This document shows positions 19,761 through 28,517 of a stretch of DNA of 64,000 nucleotides, in pieces. Position 1 is the stretch's first letter; every line of letters starts with the position of its first letter. The stretch lies in IMG/VR virus record IMGVR_UViG_3300021185_003522, positions 61,234-125,233 of that record; one strand, given 5' to 3'. Under the pieces are notes generated by a model. The model worked only from the letters and a program-made list of their open reading frames with translations, ran no database searches and had not been told where the DNA came from. Position numbers and translations under genes: made by a program. Origin of the DNA: a virus.

Positions 19761-21310
19761 TGGATCTGTTATCTCATGTTGACAAGAACATAAACGTAGT
19801 TGGTACCGTTGAATTTGATTCTGATCCACAACAACTTAAACAACAATTGCTTGCACTACGAAAAGACATGTTTGAACCTAACGAACGAATTATAATTATA
19901 CAACGTTCTGTTGATAATTATCCTTTTATTGATGCATATGGATCAAAACTAATTGAATTACAAAAAATAGTTAACCAAGTTGATATTGGAAATTGTTTTA
20001 TTCTGATACTCACACACAATCCTAATATACAAACCGAAATAGCAGAAGTGAACACAGTATACAGTTCTGATACAACATTATTTGAAAGTTGTGTTTATCC
20101 TGGAAAATATATTGTCACAGTGCCTCAGTACAAAAATACTGCGTGTAAAAAACTATGGAATCACCTATACATTGGAACTGACAGTAATGTCCTTCCATGT
20201 TGTGTAGCAGACCATAGATATCCTTTAGGAAATATCAACAATCAATCTATTGATAGCATACTTGATTCAGATCATGCTCAAAAAATACGACAATGGATGA
20301 TGGAAGGCTATCGTACAAAATCTTGTAGTTCTTGCTATAAGAATGAAGACAACAATATAAAAAGTTTAAGAACTGTGTTTACACCTACTTCGGCTAGACG
20401 CAACCAAATAACATATTTAGATGTTAGACTCAATAATATTTGCAACTTCAAGTGTAGGATGTGTAGTGAATACTTTAGTAGTAGTATTCAACAAGAAACT
20501 GTTGACATATTTGGCAAAAATGCAGTACTAGGTTATGAAAAAATAAGTCTTGATTCGGATAATCGTCAAACTAGACAAAGCAACTTGATAAAATTGCTAC
20601 CGTATGTCACTGCTGATCTTGAAAAAATATATTTTGCTGGTGGAGAACCATTGATTACAGAAGAACACTATGGTATACTTGATCGATTGATTGAGGTCAA
20701 TAACTTTGATATAAAAATGTCATACAATACTAATTTAAGTAGACTTAACTATAAAACAAATAATATATTTGACTACTGGAAACAGTTTTCTAATATATCT
20801 GTTGGCGCAAGTATTGATGCAAGCGATCAAGTAGCAGAATACATGCGTCACGGAACAGTATGGCAAGATATAATCAATAACATCAATGCTATTAAGATTA
20901 ATACTCCACATGTTAATCTGTTTATTTCTTCGACAGTAAGTTGGCCTACACTTGAAAATCTAATTGAATTACAAACAGATTGGATACGCACTGGATTGTT
21001 TACACGTGATCAGTTGACAATGCATGCTCTGGTTGAACCTGGTTATCTAAGTCTAACAACCTTACCAGATTCCTACAAACAATCTATGACCATAAAAATT
21101 AACAAGCATATTGACCACATAGGACAATGTGAACTTGCACAAAGCTGGGAAGAACTGCGAAATTTTATGAATGCAACTAACACAAAGTACGAGTTGGCTG
21201 AGTTTACAAAACGTACTCTAACACTCGATAAACATAGAAAAGAATCCTTTGCCAGTGTCTTTCCGCAGTTTACGGATTTATTTTTGGTTGCAAATAGCTC
21301 ACAAACGTAG
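19760..21310 (+). CDS. Radical SAM protein with an N-terminal SPASM/twitch-like Cys cluster
   Basis: CNFKCRMC (CxxxCxxC), FAGGEPL, YNTN and SIDA motifs; upstream CKKLW...PCC...CSSC cluster. Confidence 0.88.
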   Translation: MDLLSHVDKNINVVGTVEFDSDPQQLKQQLLALRKDMFEPNERIIIIQRSVDNYPFIDAYGSKLIELQKIVNQVDIGNCFILILTHNPNIQTEIAEVNTVYSSDTTLFESCVYPGKYIVTVPQYKNTACKKLWNHLYIGTDSNVLPCCVADHRYPLGNINNQSIDSILDSDHAQKIRQWMMEGYRTKSCSSCYKNEDNNIKSLRTVFTPTSARRNQITYLDVRLNNICNFKCRMCSEYFSSSIQQETVDIFGKNAVLGYEKISLDSDNRQTRQSNLIKLLPYVTADLEKIYFAGGEPLITEEHYGILDRLIEVNNFDIKMSYNTNLSRLNYKTNNIFDYWKQFSNISVGASIDASDQVAEYMRHGTVWQDIINNINAIKINTPHVNLFISSTVSWPTLENLIELQTDWIRTGLFTRDQLTMHALVEPGYLSLTTLPDSYKQSMTIKINKHIDHIGQCELAQSWEELRNFMNATNTKYELAEFTKRTLTLDKHRKESFASVFPQFTDLFLVANSSQT

Positions 21311-21316
21311 TATAAT
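21288..21316 (+). promoter_or_regulatory. Sigma70-type promoter TTGCAA-17-TATAAT for gp46 (near-leaderless)
   Basis: Consensus -10 with a 17-nt spacer; the ATG lies 5 nt after the -10 box; no SD. Confidence 0.7.
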
Positions 21317-21321
21317 AACAC

Positions 21322-23079
21322 ATGATTCAAATTAAAGACCTTACGGTTAAAAACTTCATGAGTGTAGGTAATGCTACACAAGCAATTAACTTTGATCGAC
21401 AAGACCTCACGCTGGTACTTGGTGAGAACATTGACTTAGGTGGTGATGGTTCGCGTAACGGAACTGGTAAGACCACAATCATTAATGCACTAAGTTATGC
21501 ACTCTATGGCGAAGCACTTACAAACATACGTCGTGACAACCTCATAAACAAAACTAATTCAAAAGGCATGATGGTTAGTTTAGATTTTTGTGTTGGTGAA
21601 CAATGCTATCGTATTGAACGTGGACGCAAGCCTAATGTGCTAAAGTTTTATATCAATGACAGTGAACAAGAAGCAGATGATTATGCACAAGGTGATAGTA
21701 GAGAAACACAAGGTGCTATACTAAAACTGTTGAGCATGAGTCATACTATGTTCAAACACTTGGTAGCATTGAACACATATACCGAACCGTTTTTGAGTCT
21801 TAAACAAAACGATCAAAGAGAGATAATCGAGCAACTGCTGGGTATCACACAACTCAGTGAACGTGCTGACAAGATCAAAGAACTTAGCAAACGCACACGT
21901 GATGATATTAAGCAAGAAGAAATGACAATCAAAGCGTTGCAAACTGCTAACGACAAAATTGGCGAACAAATACAAGCATTAAAACGTCGACAAACACTGT
22001 GGATGAACAAGAAAGCAGAAGACGTAAAAAAGTTTGAAACTGCTATTGAAGATCTTGCACATGTTGATATTGATGCGGAATTAGCCTCTCAGGATGACCT
22101 CCTAACGTGGACTGAACTTAACAATACACAAACACAATTACAAAAAGACATTGCCGCACTAACTGCACAGGTTGGTAGAGCAGAAAAAGACGTTACTAGA
22201 ACTAAAAAAGCAGTAGACAGTTTAGAATCAGGCACTTGTGGCAGTTGCGGACAGAGTGTTGATCATATGGAAACACATCAACAACATGTGGCTAAAGCAC
22301 AGGAGGAATACAATGGGGCAAGTGATTTCCTTAGCGAAATACAGGAAGGAATCTCTGCACTCAAGGCAGATAAAACGGAAGTTCCAGCGAGACCAAGAGT
22401 TTTTTATGATAGCGTGTCTGATGCACACAATCATAGATCAACTTTATCCTCACTTGAAACACAGCTACAAAGCAAGCGTGCAGAAGCCGATCCTTACGTT
22501 GATCAAATAGTAGAAATGCAGACAACTGCCGCTACTGAAATAAGTTATGACAAACTAAATGACCTAACAAGACTATACGATCATCAAGACTTCTTGTTAA
22601 AACTGTTAACAAACAAAGATAGTTTTGTGCGTAAACGTATTATCGATCAAAATCTAAGTTATTTGAATTCAAGACTCACACACTATTTAGATAGGATTGG
22701 GTTACCGCACACAGTGATATTTCAAAACGATTTGACTGTTGAAATACAGGAACTTGGCAGAGACCTAGACTTTGACAATCTAAGTAGAGGCGAGAGAAAC
22801 AGGCTTATTATCAGTATGAGCTGGGCTTTCCGTGATGTATGGGAAAGTCTGTATGGTGCTATTAACTTACTGTTTATTGATGAGATGATTGATTCGGGTA
22901 TGGACACATCAGGAGTTGAAGCCGCACTTGCACTACTTAAGAAGATGGCAAGAGAACGTAGCAAAAGCATTTGGCTTGTATCACACAAAGACGAACTTGC
23001 AGGCCGAGTAAATAACTTGCTTAAAGTTGTAAAAGAAAATGGCTTCACTAGTTATAGTACGGATATAGACATAGCATGA
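21322..23079 (+). CDS. gp46: Recombination ATPase subunit (gp46, Rad50/SbcC-like)
   Basis: Walker A GSRNGTGKTT, coiled coil with Zn-hook CGSC, signature LSRGE, Walker B LLFIDE, and SH motif. Confidence 0.93.
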   Translation: MIQIKDLTVKNFMSVGNATQAINFDRQDLTLVLGENIDLGGDGSRNGTGKTTIINALSYALYGEALTNIRRDNLINKTNSKGMMVSLDFCVGEQCYRIERGRKPNVLKFYINDSEQEADDYAQGDSRETQGAILKLLSMSHTMFKHLVALNTYTEPFLSLKQNDQREIIEQLLGITQLSERADKIKELSKRTRDDIKQEEMTIKALQTANDKIGEQIQALKRRQTLWMNKKAEDVKKFETAIEDLAHVDIDAELASQDDLLTWTELNNTQTQLQKDIAALTAQVGRAEKDVTRTKKAVDSLESGTCGSCGQSVDHMETHQQHVAKAQEEYNGASDFLSEIQEGISALKADKTEVPARPRVFYDSVSDAHNHRSTLSSLETQLQSKRAEADPYVDQIVEMQTTAATEISYDKLNDLTRLYDHQDFLLKLLTNKDSFVRKRIIDQNLSYLNSRLTHYLDRIGLPHTVIFQNDLTVEIQELGRDLDFDNLSRGERNRLIISMSWAFRDVWESLYGAINLLFIDEMIDSGMDTSGVEAALALLKKMARERSKSIWLVSHKDELAGRVNNLLKVVKENGFTSYSTDIDIA

Positions 23080-24053
23080 ATGTAGGCAAACAATTTGCAT
23101 TCCTATATGGAGCAAACGAATCGCACGATCTTATTGAGATAAGAGATATTGCATATAATCTATATCAAGGATCACGTAGTGTACGTAATCAAACAGTAAT
23201 TAAATTTTTAAACACACTTCACGATTCAAATCACAATGACAAATGGAATATGCAAAAAATTTTTGTAAACGAATTTGCATCTTGGATTGGTACAGATATG
23301 TCTGCGTATGACGTAGATTACAGTGCAGGAACTACACAAAGTTTTGATAGCTTTTACCTACGACATAGGAACAAAAAGTTTCGTTGTTACACTGGTGAAT
23401 ATTTTTATCACTTGAAAACTTGGACAAGCAATGATATATTATGGAGTTTTGTAACTGATATTGACCAACTTCAATCTGGCGACGCACTAGTACTAAGTTT
23501 TCCTTTTTGTGATACAGGAAATTTTTATGATATTGATAAAATTTTGAACATATGCGAAAGTTTAGACATACCAGTTTTGATAGACATGGCATACTATCCT
23601 CTAACTGATGCACCGACTTTTAGGTTCTTTCACACATGCATCGATACTATCGCATTCAGCCTTAGCAAGATTTTTCCAATAGCCAACTATCGCATTGGCG
23701 TAAGATACACTAAGAAAGATATATACGACGGTCAGAAACTGCATGATGATATTAATTACAATAATTTTGCAAGTTGTTACTTAGGGTATGAGCTTATAAA
23801 AAAGTACAATGTAAATTATATTGCTTCAACGTACAGGCAAAAACAATCACAGGTAAGTAAAGTTTTTGATATCATACCTAGTGATAGTGTAATTTTTGCT
23901 TTAGGCAACAAAGACTGGAATACGTACAGTAGAAGAACACTATTAGATGCTTACAAACTACAGTTTGCACCAGAAAATTTTGAAAACAGAATTTGTCTAA
24001 ACACAGTTTATGAAAATTGGAGACTGTTCAATGAACTTGAAGTTACACTTTAA
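23076..24053 (+). CDS. PLP-dependent (fold type I) aminotransferase-like protein
   Basis: GTTQSF phosphate-binding turn, DMAY (PLP Asp) and FSLSKIFP.ANYRIG (Schiff-base Lys). Confidence 0.7.
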   Translation: MNVGKQFAFLYGANESHDLIEIRDIAYNLYQGSRSVRNQTVIKFLNTLHDSNHNDKWNMQKIFVNEFASWIGTDMSAYDVDYSAGTTQSFDSFYLRHRNKKFRCYTGEYFYHLKTWTSNDILWSFVTDIDQLQSGDALVLSFPFCDTGNFYDIDKILNICESLDIPVLIDMAYYPLTDAPTFRFFHTCIDTIAFSLSKIFPIANYRIGVRYTKKDIYDGQKLHDDINYNNFASCYLGYELIKKYNVNYIASTYRQKQSQVSKVFDIIPSDSVIFALGNKDWNTYSRRTLLDAYKLQFAPENFENRICLNTVYENWRLFNELEVTL

Positions 24054-24495
24054 AAACATCAGGCACAATCCTTGTTGTAAGATTCTAGTAAACAACCTAG
24101 AACTTTATAGCGGACAAGTAAAACCTTATTATGACTTTGATATTGATGTTAATAATACAGTAAGTCTAGAAATAGTACACTTTAATAAAAAGCCAGAAGA
24201 TACCATAATAGATAATGATGGCAAGATTATAGATGATCGTAGTTTTGAACTAGAAAAAATCTATGCTGAGCAACATGACTTTAAGGAACTAATTTGGAAA
24301 AGTAATTTTACTGACACCGCAGGTAAGATATACAATAGCTGTTTATTTTTTGGACCAAATGGAAGTTTTACAATTAAATTTACAATACCAGTCCTAAGAT
24401 GGATATTACAAAATTCAGAGCATATAGAAGACTGGGAAGAAGATTATCCTTATTACGAAAAAGCATTTACTATACTAGAAAGCATCAATGACTAA
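24031..24495 (+). CDS. Hypothetical protein
   Basis: Overlaps both neighbours; start revised to the ATG at 24031 (SD GGAG at 24019-24022). Confidence 0.65.
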   Translation: MNLKLHFKNIRHNPCCKILVNNLELYSGQVKPYYDFDIDVNNTVSLEIVHFNKKPEDTIIDNDGKIIDDRSFELEKIYAEQHDFKELIWKSNFTDTAGKIYNSCLFFGPNGSFTIKFTIPVLRWILQNSEHIEDWEEDYPYYEKAFTILESIND

Positions 24496-25528
24496 CATAG
24501 AACTTATAAAAGAAATAAGTTGGGTATTAAGCCTTGCTAGTGCAAAAAATAAACTAGACGTGCCAGGCGAGTATGTTTGGGCATACCCTAAGAATGAAAA
24601 CTTCAGTGAATTGCAAGCACGCAGCCGAAGTATTTTTAGCAGTGGAAATGCAATCAAAGATCCTACGGTAATTGAATATGTTCAAACATGCGATATCAAT
24701 AAGTATCTACTTGATCCGTGGATAGTAAATGCGTTTGAAGGAAATTTTGTTTCTTGGTTAACTGCGAATACTAAACATAACTTACAGAATATTGAGCTCT
24801 ACAAATACGTAGCCTTCAGTGCCGGTACTCAAGAAAGTTTTGCAAACTTTTATCTTAAAAATCGCAATAAGAGATTTAGAGTATTACGCGGTGAATACTG
24901 GTGGCATATGGATGTTTGGTCTGCACTTGGAATCAACTGGGCATATATTGAAGATGATGATATTAAAACAAATGATATAACTATTTGTAGTATTCCTTTT
25001 GCTCTTACTGGTAAAAAACACAAACATCTTGATAATATACTTGAACAGTCTCTTAAACACAATTGTGACGTTATGCTTGATTTTATCTATCTGCCAAATT
25101 GTAATCGCCCAATAGAAATAGACTTAGCACACGATGCAATCAGCGAAATAACTTTCAGTTTCAGTAAAACATTTCCAGTGCAGTGTGCAAAAATTGCAGT
25201 TCGCCTAACAAAACACAAACCGAATGACCCAATGCAAATAAGCAATGACGAAAATATTTGTAACAGACTAAGTGCAGGTTTAGCATATGATATTATACAA
25301 AAATTTCCTGTAGATTACATGCCAAGAAAATATCACAACAAACAAAAATTTTGGTGTAAGAAATTAGGTTTGGATACTTCACCGGTTGTACACTTTGCCA
25401 CAGGCGAAGATTATATAAAAGGACAACCAGCATGGTTTAGTAAATTTAATAACCAACAAGGAAGATATAATCTTGGAATGCTTTTTGAAAATGACAAGTT
25501 ATTAAAAAGTCTTGGATACCTATCATGA
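24488..25528 (+). CDS. Second PLP-dependent aminotransferase-like protein (paralog of 23076..24053)
   Basis: SAGTQESF, RFRVLRGEYWWH, SIPFALTG, DFIY and FSFSKTFPV motifs parallel those of the first copy. Confidence 0.7.
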   Translation: MTNIELIKEISWVLSLASAKNKLDVPGEYVWAYPKNENFSELQARSRSIFSSGNAIKDPTVIEYVQTCDINKYLLDPWIVNAFEGNFVSWLTANTKHNLQNIELYKYVAFSAGTQESFANFYLKNRNKRFRVLRGEYWWHMDVWSALGINWAYIEDDDIKTNDITICSIPFALTGKKHKHLDNILEQSLKHNCDVMLDFIYLPNCNRPIEIDLAHDAISEITFSFSKTFPVQCAKIAVRLTKHKPNDPMQISNDENICNRLSAGLAYDIIQKFPVDYMPRKYHNKQKFWCKKLGLDTSPVVHFATGEDYIKGQPAWFSKFNNQQGRYNLGMLFENDKLLKSLGYLS

Positions 25529-25932
25529 CCTGGACATATAAAAACAAAACAATTACAGATATCCCCGAGGGCATTATTGGGTTTGTATACTTGATTACTA
25601 ACATTACAAACAACAGAAAGTACATTGGTAAGAAACTTACTCAGTTTAAACGCAGTAAAAAGCCACTAAAAGGCAGAACAAACAAACGTAGGTATACAGT
25701 CGAAAGCGATTGGAAAGACTATTACGGAAGCAGTGATGAACTGACTGCGGATGTGGAACTATTAGGAAAAGACAAGTTTAAACGTGAAATAATGTTTTGG
25801 TGTAGCAGTAAAAGTGAACTCAGTTACATTGAAGCAAGAGAACAATTCACACACAAAGTACTAGAATCAAAACAATGGTATAACGGGCACATACGGGTCC
25901 GTGTACACCAAAAAGGCATATTGAAAGACTAA
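25525..25932 (+). CDS. Small GIY-YIG endonuclease (catalytic domain only)
   Basis: GFVYLITNITNNRKYIGKK (GIY-YIG), YYGSS, conserved Glu in SYIEARE and WYNGHI Asn motif; 135 aa with no C-terminal DNA-binding repeats. Confidence 0.85.
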   Translation: MTWTYKNKTITDIPEGIIGFVYLITNITNNRKYIGKKLTQFKRSKKPLKGRTNKRRYTVESDWKDYYGSSDELTADVELLGKDKFKREIMFWCSSKSELSYIEAREQFTHKVLESKQWYNGHIRVRVHQKGILKD

Positions 25933-25968
25933 ATTAACTACCCATATATTAACGTCATAAACACAATG

Positions 25969-26436
25969 ACACAGGCACTACTAGAGCAATGCTCAGAGCA
26001 ACTTTTTAAATTTCCCAAGCTAATATGACATCGTTTGATCGAGGTTCCTCGATCCACCTTGAAGTCTGCCAACGCAAGTTGTAGCCGACAGAACTGGTGC
26101 GTCAAAGGATAAGGCTAACTTAAGGCTAGAATGACATGGGCTCTGTGAAACAGATACAACCCATACGTTTGTATACTTTGTTTGAAGGGGTATACCAAAC
26201 GCTCCGTTGTGAGACAAGGCTAGAGTAAGGGGTACAGCACAACCGCCCCTGATACAGTAATGTAAATCTCTTTATTCAAATGACTGGATAACTCAGATGA
26301 TGACATCTTTTCAGTTCACTTGCCCGTAGTAGGGCAAGTATGACTAAACTATCTAGATGATAACTGATTACTTCGTTACACTCGTAATAAAATATTGCTG
26401 AAGCAAAGCGAAGCAATAGATGTCTTTAGACATCTA
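25969..26436 (+). ncRNA. Candidate large structured non-coding RNA (unassigned family); boundaries approximate
   Basis: Lies in a 517-nt gap in an otherwise tightly packed genome. About 10 hairpins, including GATCGAGG/CCTCGATC (26037-26054), ATGGG/CCCAT enclosing TCTG-TGAAA-CAGA, CGTTTG/CAAACG, AGGGG/CCCCT, TACA-GTAA-TGTA, ACTTGCCC/GGGCAAGT and TAGATGTC/GACATCTA. G-U pairs and the GNRA loop favour the + strand. Confidence 0.6.
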
Positions 26437-26444
26437 ATTAAATA
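26437..26444 (+). promoter_or_regulatory. Late promoter variant ATTAAATA; leaderless sulfotransferase transcript
   Basis: 5-nt spacer to the ATG at 26450; no SD. Confidence 0.6.
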
Positions 26445-26449
26445 AACAT

Positions 26450-27058
26450 ATGGGATTGATAAAGTTTAAACACAATAATAGAACTATTGCAATAGTGCGT
26501 AATCATAAATGTAGTACTACGACTATGTTGAGTTATGTAGCACAAGCATTATGGAATGCTGATCCTAAAGAAGAACAGTTCTATCAAAACTTTCAAAACG
26601 AAGCACCTGGTGTTTACAACAAGGCTAGATCATTTGAGCAGTTCGAGTCAGAGCTACTAGCCGCAGACATACGCATAGCATTGTGGCGTGATCCTGTTGA
26701 TAAGTTTGTGAGTGGTTTCTATCATACCATGACCAATCCGGCAAATAAAAATTTATGGATTAAGTCTCCTAGTCTAACCAACTTTCTCAAAGACATCGAA
26801 GTGTATAGGCAAAATCCAAACGTAGCAGATCACTGCGAAACAAACACTGCACGTCTTGGTCCTGACAGATCCATCTACACACACATCTACAACTACAAAC
26901 ACGTGCATAAGATAGCAGGAATACTCGGTGTGCCTTCATTGGACACACATCATCGCCGTGACAGTACTATGCGAGCAGGGCCTACTGAACTGCAACGACT
27001 GCGTATACGTCAGGTTATGTTAGAAGATTATGCTAATGGCTGGTGCGAGTCTGGATAG
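26450..27058 (+). CDS. Sulfotransferase-family protein
   Basis: NHKCSTTTM (5'-PSB loop-like) and WRDPVDKFVSGFYH (3'-PB motif RDPxxRxxSxY). Confidence 0.7.
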   Translation: MGLIKFKHNNRTIAIVRNHKCSTTTMLSYVAQALWNADPKEEQFYQNFQNEAPGVYNKARSFEQFESELLAADIRIALWRDPVDKFVSGFYHTMTNPANKNLWIKSPSLTNFLKDIEVYRQNPNVADHCETNTARLGPDRSIYTHIYNYKHVHKIAGILGVPSLDTHHRRDSTMRAGPTELQRLRIRQVMLEDYANGWCESG

Positions 27059-27363
27059 TCTCTGTATAGAAAGTGTTGAATAGTTTCAACATCAACCCAC
27101 TGATTGAAGCCTACGTGTTCTGTTTCAATATCATCTACGTTTGCTACAACATGACTCATAGCGTCATCTAGTGCTTGCATTGATTCAAACTCCATGTCAA
27201 TTCTAAACTCTGGCAAGTCCATTGAACGGAATCCTAGTTTCATTCTTGTGATTCTATACGCATGCATCTGTGGTAATTTATCTAGGAAAAGCTTCATGTT
27301 AGCCACAAATGTTCGTGCATCTATACCTTCTTTTACATCGGCGTAAACTGTATAAACGTTCAT
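27028..27363 (-). CDS. Hypothetical protein, dimeric alpha-beta-barrel-like (resembles DUF6614)
   Basis: YRITRMKLGFRSMDLPEFRIDMEFESMQALDDA...LYRDYPD; translationally coupled to the upstream gene. Confidence 0.6.
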   Translation of the reverse strand: MNVYTVYADVKEGIDARTFVANMKLFLDKLPQMHAYRITRMKLGFRSMDLPEFRIDMEFESMQALDDAMSHVVANVDDIETEHVGFNQWVDVETIQHFLYRDYPDSHQPLA

Positions 27364-27794
27364 TAAAATCTTCCTCCTAGTATTTCAAATCCGTCGATCT
27401 TTGTTTTGTAATCGTCTGCTTGTCCAAGATACAGATAATCAAAACCGCGTTTTTTATATATTGCACACTCGTTTTTCAAACTGCGTATGCCTAACCGCAT
27501 TCCTGGGTTTGCATAGTCCCAAGCAAATTGAACTGCTTCAACGTTCTTGTTATTATAACATCTAAGTAGACTGAATGCAACCATTTTATTTTCTTTATCA
27601 TAGTAAGCATATACATCATTCTTGTCGTCGTAGTATTCTTCAGCAAAAATTGGCATTACACTTTTAAATTTTTTATGTTTGCAGTATGCATCGTAGATTG
27701 CTTCTAGTGGTTTTTGGAACGGTGATTTCAGTTTTTTGCAGTTGTCCATCAGCGAATAGTCAGTTTCGCTTAGATTAATTCTTGCGTATATCAT
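27363..27794 (-). CDS. Aminoacyl-tRNA-protein transferase-like GNAT protein (ATE1/Bpt C-terminal-like)
   Basis: MVAFSLL...AWDYANPGMRLGIRSLKNECAIYKKRGFDYLYLGQ...YKTKIDGFEIL resembles the ATE_C pattern YDP..SLG..S...EI.......YYLGY...YK. Confidence 0.6.
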   Translation of the reverse strand: MIYARINLSETDYSLMDNCKKLKSPFQKPLEAIYDAYCKHKKFKSVMPIFAEEYYDDKNDVYAYYDKENKMVAFSLLRCYNNKNVEAVQFAWDYANPGMRLGIRSLKNECAIYKKRGFDYLYLGQADDYKTKIDGFEILGGRF

Positions 27795-28300
27795 TTTCTT
27801 GGGTCTTTTCTGTGAGCAAATACTTCTTGTAGGTATTCTTCATCCCATCCATCATAGTATCCTCTGTGTGCTAACATTTTTGCATGGTCCTGAAGTTTTG
27901 TTTTATCTTGTATGAGTACAAGTGCATATTTACCCATGTTAAAGCACACACCATTTTGTTCTTCAACTGTGTCTGGGTGATCGCCTAGTGCTAGTAAGTT
28001 ACGTTTGGTAAATCCTTTTGAAGTGTTTATAACATCAACAACAAAATTAAAATATGCATCATCATATTGCTTGGGAGGATAAGCATATATGACCACATCA
28101 TTTTTGCCTAAATATTTTTTCTTAGCAAACAGAAACAAATCACGTTCAAGATCGTCACCAAGTCTAACATCATATTTGTTGCGTAGTCTTGCCTGTCGAG
28201 CAAAAGGACAAGGCGGAAAGTTGCCTAGTGCAGGGTGCGGAACCTCAACAAAGTTAACCAACCACTGTTCAATGTCTGCTTTTACTTGATCTATTACCAA
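27791..28300 (-). CDS. Hypothetical protein (resembles DUF1415)
   Basis: WLVNFVE...PPCPFARQAR and DHPD motifs; TTG start overlapping the gp51-like stop. Confidence 0.55.
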   Translation of the reverse strand: MVIDQVKADIEQWLVNFVEVPHPALGNFPPCPFARQARLRNKYDVRLGDDLERDLFLFAKKKYLGKNDVVIYAYPPKQYDDAYFNFVVDVINTSKGFTKRNLLALGDHPDTVEEQNGVCFNMGKYALVLIQDKTKLQDHAKMLAHRGYYDGWDEEYLQEVFAHRKDPRK

Positions 28301-28470
28301 AACGGTTGTCCAGTTTTTTTAGCAGTTTCGAGATTCTCTTTGATAAGATTGTTTACGTAATTGCGTTCAGGCCCGCTCATGTTGACAATCTCGCTATAGG
28401 TCAAACCACCTCGCATGAACCAGACCATTTTGAGCATGTCTTCTTTTAGGCCCTTAACTTCTTTGTCCAT
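28294..28470 (-). CDS. gp51-like baseplate/tail assembly chaperone (58 aa; possibly expressed as a -1 frameshift fusion to gp26)
   Basis: Hand translation gives MDKEVKGLKEDMLKMVWFMRGGLTYSEIVNMSGPERNYVNNLIKENLETAKKTGQPFW; below the ORF-track cutoff; the frame stays open back to the gp26 slippery site. Confidence 0.75.
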   Translation of the reverse strand: MDKEVKGLKEDMLKMVWFMRGGLTYSEIVNMSGPERNYVNNLIKENLETAKKTGQPFW

Positions 28471-28517
28471 GTCTGAGATTATTTTTTCAATTTCTTCAGG
28501 TCCGGACGTTAAGAGCC

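Noticed and set aside
26020-26217. 65-aa minus-strand ORF in the structured gap
   Set aside because: Non-ATG start, no SD and atypical composition; the region is better explained by RNA structure.
26297-26367. Box C (ATGATGA) and box D (CTGA)-like motifs suggesting a C/D guide or TIGR-like RNA
   Set aside because: Both motifs fall inside ordinary helices (AGATG/CATCT and TCAGTT/AACTGA). There is no tandem array and no Nop-domain protein in the window.
26097-26436. GTGCG suggesting a group II intron 5' end, or a group I intron hosting the GIY-YIG gene
   Set aside because: No domain V and no recognisable P7 core, and the flanking genes are intact rather than interrupted.
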